Part shown: positions 39,672 to 50,514 of the stretch, piece by piece
Layout of the letters: each line of letters begins with the position of its first letter
Numbering within the stretch: position 1 is the stretch's first letter
DNA from: Methanomassiliicoccaceae archaeon
GTDB lineage: Archaea; Thermoplasmatota; Thermoplasmata; Methanomassiliicoccales; Methanomassiliicoccaceae
Length of the DNA stretch: 64,000 nucleotides
Direction of reading: 5' to 3'
NCBI GenBank assembly: GCA_963728405.1
Contig: CAVSJV010000007.1
Coordinates: 128,001-192,000 of the forward strand
Notes under the pieces: generated by a model
Seen by the model: only the letters and a program-made list of their open reading frames with translations
Told to the model about the DNA's origin: nothing
Database searches by the model: none
Translations under genes and position numbers: made by a program

Positions 39672-41549
39672 TCACTCCATCTCCCGCTGCCCCTCCCCAT
39701 CCTTCGAACCCACGGCGGCGACGCTCGGCTGCGGCCTCACGCTTCTCAGGCCCAGCACGTACTTGAACGCGATCAGGCCCAGCATGTTGGTGATCGTCAT
39801 CGGCACCGCGGTGCTGGTCATGACCGTGACGACGTCGCTCCACGGGTAGTCCATAGACAGCAGGGGAAGGTACAGGAACAGGTGCATCACCTCCACTAGG
39901 ATGGCGACGAAGGAGACCTTAAGGTAGCTTATCCGTCCTTTCCAGTACCACGAGAGTAGGCCGGCCACGATGCCCCCAGAGACTGTGGCCACGAAGCATG
40001 GGACAGCCGACCAGCCACCCAGGCCATAACGGTAGCTGCCGCCCACCAGACCGACCAGCCCACCGATGACCGGTCCCCCCAGAAGCCCGGCCATCATCGG
40101 CCCGAGGTCCCGGTAGTTGATGATCACGCCGTCGTACTCGATGCCCCCGGTCGTCCCGAGTATCGATATCGCGGAGAACAGGAGGAGGCAGGCCGCCGCC
40201 CCCTTCCAACGGTGCACGTTCCGGACCATCCAGGGGAGCACGCCCAGCCTGAGCAGCAGGTAGAGAAGCAGGGACACTGCCCCGACCCTGATCAGTATCG
40301 GCACTCCGAAGGCGAGCATCGTCTCCTCTTTGAGCAACGCGATGATTAGGATCAATGAACTGCCGACAAGGGCGACCGCGCTCCACACCAGCCCCGCCCT
40401 GGCCTGGGCCGGCATCTTCCAATTGAGATATATGAGGGTGAACCCGGAGAGGGCGAACAAGGCCGATGACACCGCCGAGATGAACCCGAGCAGGTTGGAG
40501 GGGGTGCCCAGCCACAGCGACGCCGAGATTAGGATAACGTAGAAGAGGACCAGGGCACGGTACAGAATCTTTCTGTCCAGGCTGGTGGTCTTGGTCTGGT
40601 GGAGCATCCTGGTGATAGCCCTGGCCCTCCCGTCAATGCCCACGAGCATGACGCCGAAGAACAGCAGGAAGATCGAAAGGACGAAGGCCGGGGCGGCGTA
40701 GGGCAGTGACCCCAAGGCGGTCGCCTGAACTGACAAGTAGCCGTCCGAGCCGGAGTTCCAGGCCACAATAACGATGGCCAGGGCGATGAGCCCGGTGAGG
40801 GTGAAGGCGGTGGCTAGGCTGGCTCGTATGTTCCTCACCATCTTGTCCAACCCCTCGGTCTGGGGTGCCTTCTGAAGCTTGTCGCCGATCCAGACCGAGT
40901 ACAGGAGCAGGGACAGGCCCGATCCGCTGCCCATGACCAGCATGAGGTCCGGCTCCAGGTCGTACAGGGGGACGTTGCTGCTGATCGGACCGGTTGTTCC
41001 TCCCATTAGCGCCGACAAGGTGCAATATAAGAGGATGATCCCGACCGTGCTGATGAGCAAGTACACAAACTTTTCCAGCAGCTTGAATGACCGGACCTGC
41101 AGGAACACTAGGGCGACGAGGAGGAAGGCTACGGCCAGAAACCTTTCCGACTGGTCCCCCGGGGTCAGTGAGTCGAGCACGGCGGCTGCGGCTAAGGCGA
41201 TGAGGGAGTAGTTCACGACCTCGAGCACATAGACAGCGATGACCGTCCAGACCCCCCAATTCTTAGGCCCGGGCAGCCTGGGAAGGGCGGAGAAGACGCT
41301 TTCCCCCCGCGACACGGTGTATCGGGCCAGGCCGTCGACGATGGCGAACCTGAAGATCAAGGAAAGACCGATGAACAGGAAGATGAACAGCCCGAGGTCG
41401 TGCCCCACTGCGAAATAGTTGGAGAATCCCTTACCACTCATCTGAACGACTATGAACATGGCTGGGCCGAGGAAAAGAGCGGAATCGAGTAGAGCGACCT
41501 TAAGCCCCCACCTGAGGTCTCGACCAACCATCTCTGCATGAACGAGCAT
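39672..41549 (-). CDS. Nramp/APC-like transporter fused to a C-terminal 5TM-5TMR_LYT (LytS/YhcK) domain
   Basis: FLGP..RYT..GES..LPG N-terminus; INYRDLGPMMAGLLGGPVIG..GG.YRY..GG C-terminus. Confidence 0.75.
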   Translation of the reverse strand: MLVHAEMVGRDLRWGLKVALLDSALFLGPAMFIVVQMSGKGFSNYFAVGHDLGLFIFLFIGLSLIFRFAIVDGLARYTVSRGESVFSALPRLPGPKNWGVWTVIAVYVLEVVNYSLIALAAAAVLDSLTPGDQSERFLAVAFLLVALVFLQVRSFKLLEKFVYLLISTVGIILLYCTLSALMGGTTGPISSNVPLYDLEPDLMLVMGSGSGLSLLLYSVWIGDKLQKAPQTEGLDKMVRNIRASLATAFTLTGLIALAIVIVAWNSGSDGYLSVQATALGSLPYAAPAFVLSIFLLFFGVMLVGIDGRARAITRMLHQTKTTSLDRKILYRALVLFYVILISASLWLGTPSNLLGFISAVSSALFALSGFTLIYLNWKMPAQARAGLVWSAVALVGSSLILIIALLKEETMLAFGVPILIRVGAVSLLLYLLLRLGVLPWMVRNVHRWKGAAACLLLFSAISILGTTGGIEYDGVIINYRDLGPMMAGLLGGPVIGGLVGLVGGSYRYGLGGWSAVPCFVATVSGGIVAGLLSWYWKGRISYLKVSFVAILVEVMHLFLYLPLLSMDYPWSDVVTVMTSTAVPMTITNMLGLIAFKYVLGLRSVRPQPSVAAVGSKDGEGQREME

Positions 41550-41663
41550 GCGGAGTAATAAAACATGTTTTAATTGCCTTAGTTAAAATATTCTTTCACT
41601 TTTCATTCTCCTGTTGAAAATATTCTTAAATGGATAAAAACAATACCGGCCAGGTAGGATGGG

Positions 41664-41884
41664 GTGAACTGCCCAAAGTGTGGCAACGATATGGAGGGCG
41701 GGTTCCCCGGGCCGAGAGCTTCATCGGAGGGGTCAAGTGGATGCAGGAGCCGGAGTCCGAGAACCCCGGGAAACGTGGCAAGCGCCCCAGGGACAAGGCC
41801 CTGGACCCCGACACCCAGGCCCGCTGCCTGGAGAAGCTCGAAGGCGTTCTGAAAATGAACGGCAACGACGTGACCAGCGGATGA
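41664..41884 (+). pseudogene. Small zinc-ribbon protein (frameshifted)
   Basis: MNCPKCGNDMEGGF then a frameshift to ..GVKW..ARC. Confidence 0.45.
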
Positions 41885-42083
41885 GGGAGGAAAGGTATCT
41901 GTTCCCCAGAGGGTAGGGCGGAAGCCCATCTGGGCGCTGACCCTGCCTGGCCTGGAAGCCATCCAAGATGCGGCCAACAAGATCGGCAGCGCCAGGGGGA
42001 GCCTAAGGGGTGGAGAAGGGCAAAGGCCAAGCTGCTCACGTGTGCCTACATAACCCACCGGGGCGCGGCCGTCCGAGCCCCGC

Positions 42084-42712
42084 TTGGCCCACCTGGTGGA
42101 CCTGAACACCCGCACCTGGAAGCTTTACATCCGTGTGCCCAAAGGCGGGGCCAAGTGGGCCGAGAACCGCCGTGTCACCACTATCCCACCGTACCGCCAA
42201 GCCTTCCTTGACTTCCTCAAGGCGAGAGAGGAGCTTCTGCGACACTACGGGCGGGAGGAGTCAACGTACCTTATCCAAAAACTCCAGGAGGATAAGGACA
42301 CCTTTTACAGCTCCAACCACTTCCGGGAGCTCAAGAAGGAGTTGCGGGAGGTCCCGGGCATCGAGTTCAAGTTCAAGGACTTCCGGCCCACCTTCGCGTC
42401 CCTGACCGTGGAGATGGAACTCAACAGCCTCATAGACGTATTGACCACGCTAGGACACTCGAACGTTAAGACCACTCAGCGCTATTACGCCCAGATCCGC
42501 TCTGTCAGCGCAGGAGAGCGCATCAACAAGCTATGGGAGAGCGCGCTGAAGAAGGAGGCCCCCACCACGTCACCGCCCGGTGAGGTGGAGGAGCTGCTCA
42601 AGACCCTCGGAGTATCGTCGGTGGAGGAGCTAAGGGCCGCCCTGTCCCAAGACTCAATCCCCGCAAAAAGGGCCGAATTGATTCGTTAAAATGGCTTCCT
42701 GGCTACTATTGA
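42084..42712 (+). pseudogene. Tyrosine integrase, N-terminally truncated
   Basis: PKG, KDFRPTFA, LGHSNVKTTQRYY; likely true tail KGRIDSLKWLPGYY* lies in a shifted frame ending at 42712. Confidence 0.85.
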
Positions 42713-43643
42713 GATGCTTCTCGACGGGATCACTTCTCTTTTATACAGAATAATATTATATATCAGAATTAAATCGTTTTAGGATTCTACTGCCCAGTTT
42801 GGGTCAACTTTCATTGCCACCTCTTCGTGCAGCGCTGTCGCGGCATGGCTCTCATCGCGGAGCCCTGCTTTTCGTCAGCCGTTTGGTCGATTTTTAATAG
42901 TGGCGGCTCCCCAGTGAATTAAACGGTGATTCCGTTGGCAGAGAAAGATATCACGAAGGAGATCGAGGAGATCAAGGTTCGATTGGAAAAGCTAGAGAAG
43001 CACGTTGGGTCGTGCAACGAGCACGAAGAGGCAGAGGGGCACGGTCAAGAGCATGGCGGGGCCCATCGCGAGCATGGAAAGAAGTCCTAAGATTCGCCGC
43101 TTTGCTAAAAGATTCACATCCACCACGGCAGAACGCAGGACGACAGGCTACTCTCATTGATGTTGATTCGACCACCGCTTACAATGGTGGGGGAGGATTG
43201 CGTAGCGGATCAGCGCTCCGGACATAGGCCTGAGATGCACGACCTAGTCGAAATGTCACTGGTGCGCAGGAGCCATGTAAGATAGTCGGCCTGTAAGGCT
43301 CGACAGGCCAAACCTTTCTAATATGCTCTGGGAGAAGGTCTCTCACATCGCCTATGGTCGTGGCCCCTATGGTCCCCCACAGGATCATCATCTATGAATC
43401 TGGTCTCAAGGATGGGGACAACAAGGTCAACCAATGATACTATTGTCCGACAACTCTGCGTAGGGTAGAGAACAGGCTTGCTCGGGAGCATATCGGGCGA
43501 GCATAAGCGAACATGTTCGCCATAATGGTTTCAAGTCGTAAGTGGATTGTGGCCTCCACTTATGTTAAAGAATCACGGCCAGCTTCAGGAGGCACCCCGA
43601 ACAGCGCTTGCCCGGGCTGCGCCCACCGGTGAGGTGAAATGTA

Positions 43644-44342
43644 ATGGGTCGATGGCGATTATCCATAATATATGATTCACCAGCTCTTCCCGGGTTCGCT
43701 GAGGGGTGGGGATTTTCCGCCCTCATCTCATCCCAGGATGGCAACATCCTTTTCGATTGTGGATGGGACGGCCACTTGCTGAGGGATAACCTTTCCTGCC
43801 TGGGGTTCGCTCTCTCGGACATCCGAGCGGTGGTGCTTTCCCACTCCCACTGGGACCACCTGACTGGCCTGCCGGAGGTCCTTAGTGACCCTGCTGTCAA
43901 CAGATCTCTGGAGGTCATTGTGCCAGCCGGTTCCTCCAAGAACCTGATGAAGGAGATAGGGCGCAGGGCTACGGTCAGGGAGATCGAGGCGGCTCAGGAG
44001 ATATTCCCGGGCATGTGGGCCACTGGCCCACTCGGAGGGGAGGTCCTCGAGCAGGCGTTGGTCCTGCGCGGCGGGGGGGATGTGGCGATTTTGACCGGTT
44101 GCGGTCACCCAGGTCTAGCTGCGATCCTCGCTGCCGGTTCCTCGTGGGGGCTTCCCCGCTGGTTGATCGGTGGACTTCATGACTGCACCCTCTCTGAGCT
44201 GGAGCGCTCCCTAAGAGGGCAACCGGCGCTACAGGCAGTCCTTTGCCACTGCACACGGTGTAAAGTAGAGGCGTCGTCAGCTCTCCCCGATAGGGTTCGC
44301 GTCGGGGCGGCTGGCGAGACCTACGACCTATGGCTGCGATGA
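43644..44342 (+). CDS. MBL-fold metallohydrolase
   Basis: WGFSALI, LFDCG, SHSHWDH, GCGHPG, GGLH, CHCT. Confidence 0.88.
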   Translation: MGRWRLSIIYDSPALPGFAEGWGFSALISSQDGNILFDCGWDGHLLRDNLSCLGFALSDIRAVVLSHSHWDHLTGLPEVLSDPAVNRSLEVIVPAGSSKNLMKEIGRRATVREIEAAQEIFPGMWATGPLGGEVLEQALVLRGGGDVAILTGCGHPGLAAILAAGSSWGLPRWLIGGLHDCTLSELERSLRGQPALQAVLCHCTRCKVEASSALPDRVRVGAAGETYDLWLR

Positions 44343-44764
44343 AAAAAGGGTGCCGATGACCAGCGGAGAGGGGGGGAACAGGAAAGACATCGTTGGATAG
44401 CTACCTGCACAATATGCTGACCAGTAAAAATGTCGCAGCCACGCCTGTTCCTCCCGCTCATTCAACATGGTTCTTGGTTTCCAAAATCAGTATTCTCTTT
44501 ACTTATACTTACAAAAAAATGATAAACTATTTAAGCAACCCTCTCACATGGGAGAGTTGCATTAGAAAGCATCGTGTCTCGGTTGCGAGGCTGCCTGAAC
44601 GGCCAACGACGCTTTCTTATGTTACACTTCTTGACCATTGCTAAATGGTCTTTGACACCAGGTTTGTCCTGGCTACCCTTTTTATCGATCTTGCCTAGGG
44701 CCCGGGCTTGTTGAGATGAAAAAGAGGATAGGCCTTTCTAGGCCCAATGTGACCATTGCCTTGC

Positions 44765-45097
44765 TCAGAGGGGTCCTGACAACGTCGGCAGGAAGATGCC
44801 CACAATGGCGGTGAGGATCCATATGATGACCGCGATGAGGAGGGCCTTCAGCCATCCTATCTTGTATAGTGCCTTCAGCGCCAGCAGCCAGACGATGCCC
44901 CCGATGATCGCCGCCAGCAGGCCATTCCCTAGGAGCCAGTATGCTGCAGTATAGATGACGGTACCGATGATAGCGGCCACTAAAGCCGTCCCGATCCCCT
45001 CCCTCTCCCCGGTCAGCTTGGTTACGACCCAAATCACTAGGGTGCTGACTATGAGCGCTACTATGAACCCGATGATTGCGCTGGACACCTCGACCAT
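44765..45097 (-). CDS. Small membrane protein
   Basis: Four TM helices, YKIGWLKAL. Confidence 0.75.
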   Translation of the reverse strand: MVEVSSAIIGFIVALIVSTLVIWVVTKLTGEREGIGTALVAAIIGTVIYTAAYWLLGNGLLAAIIGGIVWLLALKALYKIGWLKALLIAVIIWILTAIVGIFLPTLSGPL

Positions 45098-45238
45098 GCT
45101 GATTGTTTAAGATTCGAAGGTATATCAAGTGGCCGGGCACGTCAGTTATGCTCCACTTCTAGGTCGTGATCGCTCTTATGGACCTCCGTTGATATCGGGC
45201 CCCATAATAATTTAAACGGGCCATCGGATGATTGCCCA

Positions 45239-46423
45239 ATGCCTGTGGTCTCTCCTAGGAAGGGTTCGTTGATCGGTCTGGCGGTGATGGGGCAGCTATC
45301 CCTCTCCCTGCTGATGCCTCTCCCTCGGATCAATGTCTCCTTCCCGAAAAAGCATAAAAGAGACCAGGACTCCGAGCCCGTCGCCAATGATGAAAACACC
45401 AAACTGATCGACTGGAGCGGGCGCAAGATAACGCTGTTCCATGACCATCGTCTTCTCCCCCGGGTAAGTATAGTCTTCCCAAGCGTGGAGAAGGGGGCCG
45501 AGGAGGCCGAGGACATCAGCGTCCTGAGCGACGAAGCGCTCATCAAACAGATGATGCTGGATGAGCAAAGGGAAGGGGCGCCCGAAGGTGTCGAACCAAT
45601 GGTGGATCGTCCTTCCCAGCCGATATCGGGTGGTGATCTGTCCCTGGAGGAAGCGATCAAGAATGCCATGAAGGTGGAGCAGGATGCCGAGGCCCTTGAG
45701 GTGGCCAAGAGCATCGTGAATGCCGATGGCGCTCGAGATGTCGCGCTCCCTGGTGGGGTTGACATGCATGAGGACGAACCCTCATACAGGGGAGATGGGT
45801 CCGACACCATCTCCCAGGGCTCCATGGTCCTGGTGGAGGGAAAGAAAGGCGCGATCACCAGGGGGGTGGCAGAGAACCTATGCTATGGTCTGCTGGAGAA
45901 TGGTTACTCGGTCACCTATGTGACGACCTCGCTCGCGGTCCAGGACTTCATCGTGGAGATGCATGCCCACAATTACCGCATCGCCCAGCATCTCCCTGAC
46001 CGTAAGGTCTTGGTCATACCAGTCTACCCCATCATCGAAGGCAAAGGGAACACCGATGGCCTACTGGACAAGCTGATGTCATCGTCCCAGTTGCAGACCA
46101 CCGACACCATCATCGTGGATAGCCTTTCTGATTTCCTGGGCGGCCACTTCGACGAGGTCATCTGCATGCGATTGCTCGAGTATCTCCGGCACCTCATCAG
46201 TATGGGCAAGACCGTCTTCCTGGTCGTGGAGGACGGGCAGAAGGGCATTCTTTCCCTTCGCCTGGCCTCGGATCTGCATTTCGCCCTTCCGTCCCGGGAT
46301 AGCAAAGGGGTCCAGGTCAAGAGGTATCACCCGCCCAGGGAGGGCTCCCGGGACATTCTGCATTTCCGCATTGATCCGATCGCCGGACTCATTTCCCAGC
46401 CTCGCAGGACAGAGAAGAACTGA
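45239..46423 (+). CDS. ArlH/FlaH-like RecA-fold protein with degenerate Walker A and acidic N-terminal extension
   Basis: GSMVLVEGKKGAITR, LCYGLLENGYSVTYVTT, IIVDSLS; start codon uncertain. Confidence 0.7.
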   Translation: MPVVSPRKGSLIGLAVMGQLSLSLLMPLPRINVSFPKKHKRDQDSEPVANDENTKLIDWSGRKITLFHDHRLLPRVSIVFPSVEKGAEEAEDISVLSDEALIKQMMLDEQREGAPEGVEPMVDRPSQPISGGDLSLEEAIKNAMKVEQDAEALEVAKSIVNADGARDVALPGGVDMHEDEPSYRGDGSDTISQGSMVLVEGKKGAITRGVAENLCYGLLENGYSVTYVTTSLAVQDFIVEMHAHNYRIAQHLPDRKVLVIPVYPIIEGKGNTDGLLDKLMSSSQLQTTDTIIVDSLSDFLGGHFDEVICMRLLEYLRHLISMGKTVFLVVEDGQKGILSLRLASDLHFALPSRDSKGVQVKRYHPPREGSRDILHFRIDPIAGLISQPRRTEKN

Positions 46424-46539
46424 CCATCTGGCAGTAAGCTGCTATTCTTTTATTAATATTAATATCACTAGTGATTATCAGTAGAATACCTACTAATATA
46501 CTCATTTTCGGTCCCAGAGGTATAACGGAGGGTCTGAAA

Positions 46540-49500
46540 ATGAGGTTCAGAGCAAGCACCGCCCAGGCCATGTTCCTCATGGCCATTCTGCTTCTCAGCT
46601 CGCTCTATTTTCCCATGGCCAGTGCTGATCCCAATCCTGATCCTCCCTTCATGAACGATCCGGTGGCGGGGAACGCCCAGGTGACCTTGTCGTGGACCGT
46701 ACCCTATGATTATTCCTACGCGATCGAAGGGTACAGCATCTACCGGGGAACGGTCCTGGGACAGGAAGCGGTGTACTGCACCGTTATCGGTTCATCCACT
46801 ACCGCCTATATTGACACCAACCTCACCAATGGCCAGCCCTATTATTACTACATCGTCGCCATCAACTATTATGGGCCCAGCGAGCCATCGAACACCGTCT
46901 CCTGCATCCCCTACGGGCCGCCCGGCATACCCACAGCCCTCAACGGCGTTCCAGGCACCGGGCTCATCGACCTGTCCTGGACCGCGCCCTACGACAATGG
47001 CGGAACGCCGATCATCCACTACCGTATCTATCGTGGCACGCTGCCAGGGGCGGAGATTTTCCTGGCCATCTCTGTGGACACCACCTTCGTCGATGACGGG
47101 CTCTCGGAGGGCCGGACCTTCTATTATCGGGTCTCGGCGATCACCGATTTCGCAGAAGGCAATCGCTCTGCAGAGATCAAGGTGGTCCTGGCCGACGTCC
47201 CAGGCCCAGTCACCACCCTGGTGGCGACGTCAGGGAACGGGTCGATCGCCCTCAATTGGACGGCCCCTGCCGATGTCGGAGGCTCGAACATCTCGGGATA
47301 CCAGATCTATCGGGGGATCACGACGGGCTCAGAGACCTTCCTGAGCAACTCCCCCACCACTGCCTTCAACGACACCGCCCTGGACAACGGGCAGACCTAC
47401 TTCTACCGGGTCTCGGCCTCCAATGATGCCGGTCCTGGACCACTCTCGAACGAGGTCTCCGCGACCCCTCTATCGGTGCCCACTGCACCGACCTCGCTGC
47501 AGGCCTATAAAGGGGACCAGCAAGCGGTCCTCTCCTGGTCCGCGCCGGTCATCGAGGGAGGAACTCCGATCATGGAGTACCGCATCTACCGCGGCACCAC
47601 CCTCGGCGCTGAGATCTTCCTGACCAGGGCCACTACACTCAACTACACCGATGCCAATCTCACTAACGGCTGCACCTATTACTACAAGGTCAGTGCGGTC
47701 AACGCCCTGGGTGAGGGTCCCAAGAGCATCACGGTGACCGTTGTCCCGCTTACAGTTCCAGGCGTGCCTGGAGGCGCGGCCGCCAGGGGGGACCTTTTCA
47801 AGGTCGTCTTGACCTGGACAACGCCGACGGTGACCGGCGGCTCTAACATAACTGGATACAATATCTATCGCAGTGAAGGCCCTGGGGCCGAGGCGTTCCT
47901 GATGGCCGTCGGTAAGGTGCTCACCTTCGTCGATGCCGGGCTCAACGCCAACACGACCTGTTACTATTACATCACCGCCCTCAACGGGGCTGGAGAGGGA
48001 GCGCCGTCCATCGAGGTCCACGCCACCACCTACGGGATGCCCAGCGAGCCTCGCGCCCTGGCCGCGGTCCCGGGCAATACTACCGTTCAGCTTAGCTGGA
48101 GCCAGCCGACCGATAACGGTCGTACGGCGATCGCTCAGTACAAGATCTACCGAGGTACGTCCTCGGGAAGCGAGGTCTTGCTGACCACGGCCGAGGGGCT
48201 CAATTATAACGATATAGAACTGACTAATGGGCAGACCTACTTCTACCGGGTCAGCGCCGTTAACGCCGTTGGAGAGGGGCCCCTGGGCCAGGAGATATCG
48301 TCCACTCCAGCACTGCCCCCGACGGAGCCACTATGGTTGCTCGCTTCGCCCTCTTCACAGCAGGTTACCCTTAACTGGGGCGCCCCCCTATCCGACGGTG
48401 GGTCGCCGGTCACCGGCTACAGGATCTACCGCTCCACTCCACCGGGCGATGTCAAGACCCTGTTGACCGCCGTCATCGGCACGAGCTACATCGACAGCGG
48501 CCTGCTCAACGGGGAGACCTATTACTATCAGATCTCGGCCTACAACGCAGCGGGCGAAGGTACGCTCTCGTCCGAGGTCTCGGTCACTCCCTCTCGCGCT
48601 CCCGGACAACCTACTGGCCTTCACGCGGTTGGAGGACTACGTCAGGCGACGCTGACCTGGACCGCTCCGACCGATACCGGCGGCTCGACCATCAGCGGGT
48701 ACAACGTTTACCGTGGATCTTTGCCCGACGGCGAGGGGGCCACTCTGGTCGCCGCGGGCGTACAGGCACCGTTCACCGATACTGGCCTCGATGACTCTAC
48801 GACCTATTACTATCAGGTGAGCGCCGTAAATTCGGTGGGAGCCGGGTTGAGGTCGGAGGCGGTGGCAGTGACCGCCCTTCATGTGCCCCCATCCCCCCAC
48901 AACCTGGTGGCGGTGGCCGGGGACCGGACCGTCGACCTCGCCTGGGAGGCCTCCGCATCGAACGACGGATCCCCCCTCACCTATCGCCTCTATCGGTCCA
49001 CCACCTCGGGAGCGGAGACCTACCTGGCCACGGTATCTTCGACCTCCTATCATGACGGCGGCGTCGTCAACGGCCTGACCTACCACTACCGTGTGTCGGC
49101 GGTCAACGCCACCGGCGAGGGCAGGGCGACCACGGAGGCCTCGGCCACGCCTTGTACCGTACCCGGCGCTCCCCTCAACCTCACCGCTGAGGCCGGGGAC
49201 AGCCTGGTCATCCTTCAGTGGAACCTCCCCTACGACAATGGCGGAAGTGCCATCACCGGTTACCGGCTGTACTGGAGGAACGCGCCCTCCGAGGAGCTCA
49301 GGGTGATCAATGTGAGCGGGACGGCGCAGTTCCACGAAGGGCTGACCAATGGCCTTCCCTATTACTACAAGGTCGCGGCGGTCAACGCGGCGGGCGAAGG
49401 GCCTGCTTCCGACACGGTCGTCGCTACCCCTCGGGCCAAGCCCGGTACGCCCTATGATCTGAAGGCCACGGGAGGGGATCAAAAGGTGACGCTCACCTGG

Positions 49501-49860
49501 TCCGCGCCCATGGAATCGAACAGCGCCAACATCCAGGGTTATCGCATCTACCGGGGCAACAGCTCCATGGACCTGCTGCTGTACGACATTTCTACCAACA
49601 CTACCTACATCGATACCCACGTCGTCAACGGCCTGACCTACCACTACCGCGTGTCGGCGGTCAACGCCACCGGCGAGGGCCGTACCTCCAACGAGGCCAG
49701 CGCCACGCCGGCCGGACAGTCGCAGGACATCATGAGCGTCCTGGGACGGTATTGGATGGAGATCCTCATCATCGTCATCGCCGTAATGGTCGTCGTAGGC
49801 ACGGTCTTCTTAATGGTCGGTAGCGGCATGCTCTCCCTAGGAAAAGAGGGCAAAGAATGA
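46540..49860 (+). CDS. Cell-surface protein with 11 fibronectin type III repeats and a C-terminal TM anchor
   Basis: Signal peptide; repeated LSWTAP..GG..I..YRIYRG..L.NG.TYYY.VSAVN..GEG. Confidence 0.92.
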   Translation: MRFRASTAQAMFLMAILLLSSLYFPMASADPNPDPPFMNDPVAGNAQVTLSWTVPYDYSYAIEGYSIYRGTVLGQEAVYCTVIGSSTTAYIDTNLTNGQPYYYYIVAINYYGPSEPSNTVSCIPYGPPGIPTALNGVPGTGLIDLSWTAPYDNGGTPIIHYRIYRGTLPGAEIFLAISVDTTFVDDGLSEGRTFYYRVSAITDFAEGNRSAEIKVVLADVPGPVTTLVATSGNGSIALNWTAPADVGGSNISGYQIYRGITTGSETFLSNSPTTAFNDTALDNGQTYFYRVSASNDAGPGPLSNEVSATPLSVPTAPTSLQAYKGDQQAVLSWSAPVIEGGTPIMEYRIYRGTTLGAEIFLTRATTLNYTDANLTNGCTYYYKVSAVNALGEGPKSITVTVVPLTVPGVPGGAAARGDLFKVVLTWTTPTVTGGSNITGYNIYRSEGPGAEAFLMAVGKVLTFVDAGLNANTTCYYYITALNGAGEGAPSIEVHATTYGMPSEPRALAAVPGNTTVQLSWSQPTDNGRTAIAQYKIYRGTSSGSEVLLTTAEGLNYNDIELTNGQTYFYRVSAVNAVGEGPLGQEISSTPALPPTEPLWLLASPSSQQVTLNWGAPLSDGGSPVTGYRIYRSTPPGDVKTLLTAVIGTSYIDSGLLNGETYYYQISAYNAAGEGTLSSEVSVTPSRAPGQPTGLHAVGGLRQATLTWTAPTDTGGSTISGYNVYRGSLPDGEGATLVAAGVQAPFTDTGLDDSTTYYYQVSAVNSVGAGLRSEAVAVTALHVPPSPHNLVAVAGDRTVDLAWEASASNDGSPLTYRLYRSTTSGAETYLATVSSTSYHDGGVVNGLTYHYRVSAVNATGEGRATTEASATPCTVPGAPLNLTAEAGDSLVILQWNLPYDNGGSAITGYRLYWRNAPSEELRVINVSGTAQFHEGLTNGLPYYYKVAAVNAAGEGPASDTVVATPRAKPGTPYDLKATGGDQKVTLTWSAPMESNSANIQGYRIYRGNSSMDLLLYDISTNTTYIDTHVVNGLTYHYRVSAVNATGEGRTSNEASATPAGQSQDIMSVLGRYWMEILIIVIAVMVVVGTVFLMVGSGMLSLGKEGKE

Positions 49861-49916
49861 GCATTCAGTTCACCCGCGGAATCATTTAAACATGCTCATG
49901 GCGCGGCCGGTCAGGC

Positions 49917-50312
49917 ATGTCCGAGAAGGTCATCGAGGCCAATGAGCTGGTTCGAACATATCGTTCCTCGACCGGCCTGCTGCGCAAGAAGAAGGAAATG
50001 TTGGCAGTGGACCAGATCTCGTTCTCGGTGGCGAAGGGAGAGATCTTCGGCATGCTCGGGCCCAACGGGGGCGGAAAGGCGACCACCGTCAAGGTGCTCA
50101 CCACCCTCCTGACCCCGACGGGTGGCAATACATCGGTGTCGGGCTTCGATGTGCTCAAGGGATCGGTGGAGGTCCGCAAGTGCATCGGGCTCATACTCGG
50201 TGGCGAAAAATGCCTTTTCTACCGAGTCACCGGCCGTCAGAACCCCAATTGCTTCGCCGATCTGTACGGGGTCCCCATGCAGTACCGGGACCGGCGGCTC
50301 CAAAGGGCCTGA
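49917..50312 (+). pseudogene. Truncated ABC ATP-binding protein
   Basis: GPNGGGKAT (altered Walker A); ends before signature and Walker B. Confidence 0.75.
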
Positions 50313-50514
50313 AGGTCGGGTCCCCTTCCGTTTCTCTCTTCTTTCAGTGAACATGAACAATATGATGGGCTCAGGAAAATGTAATTAACGGCGCATTCGT
50401 TTTACGTTCCAATATTTTTCTTTTCTTTGCTGGATAATATATTATCTCCTATGATAGCAGTAACTTGTTTATACGGTGGGTTCCGAATTGAACGTCGCGG
50501 AGCGTTGATGGTCC

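Larger units (their letters stand above)
39048..42749. mobile_element. Decayed integrated element at tRNA-Glu
   Basis: 28-bp direct repeat (25/28) at 39048-39075 and 42722-42749; truncated integrase beside the distal copy. Confidence 0.8.

Noticed and set aside
43481-43491. CGGGAGCA as a further tRNA-Glu att copy
   Set aside because: Only an 8-bp match with no flanking end motifs; expected by chance
48637-49644. 335-aa antisense ORF, and similar long shadow ORFs over purF, cimA and top6B
   Set aside because: Expected by-product of GC-rich codon usage on the real coding strand
49063-49680. Repeat pair as DGR template/variable region
   Set aside because: The single mismatch is a synonymous T/C, both copies are inside one ORF, and no reverse transcriptase is present
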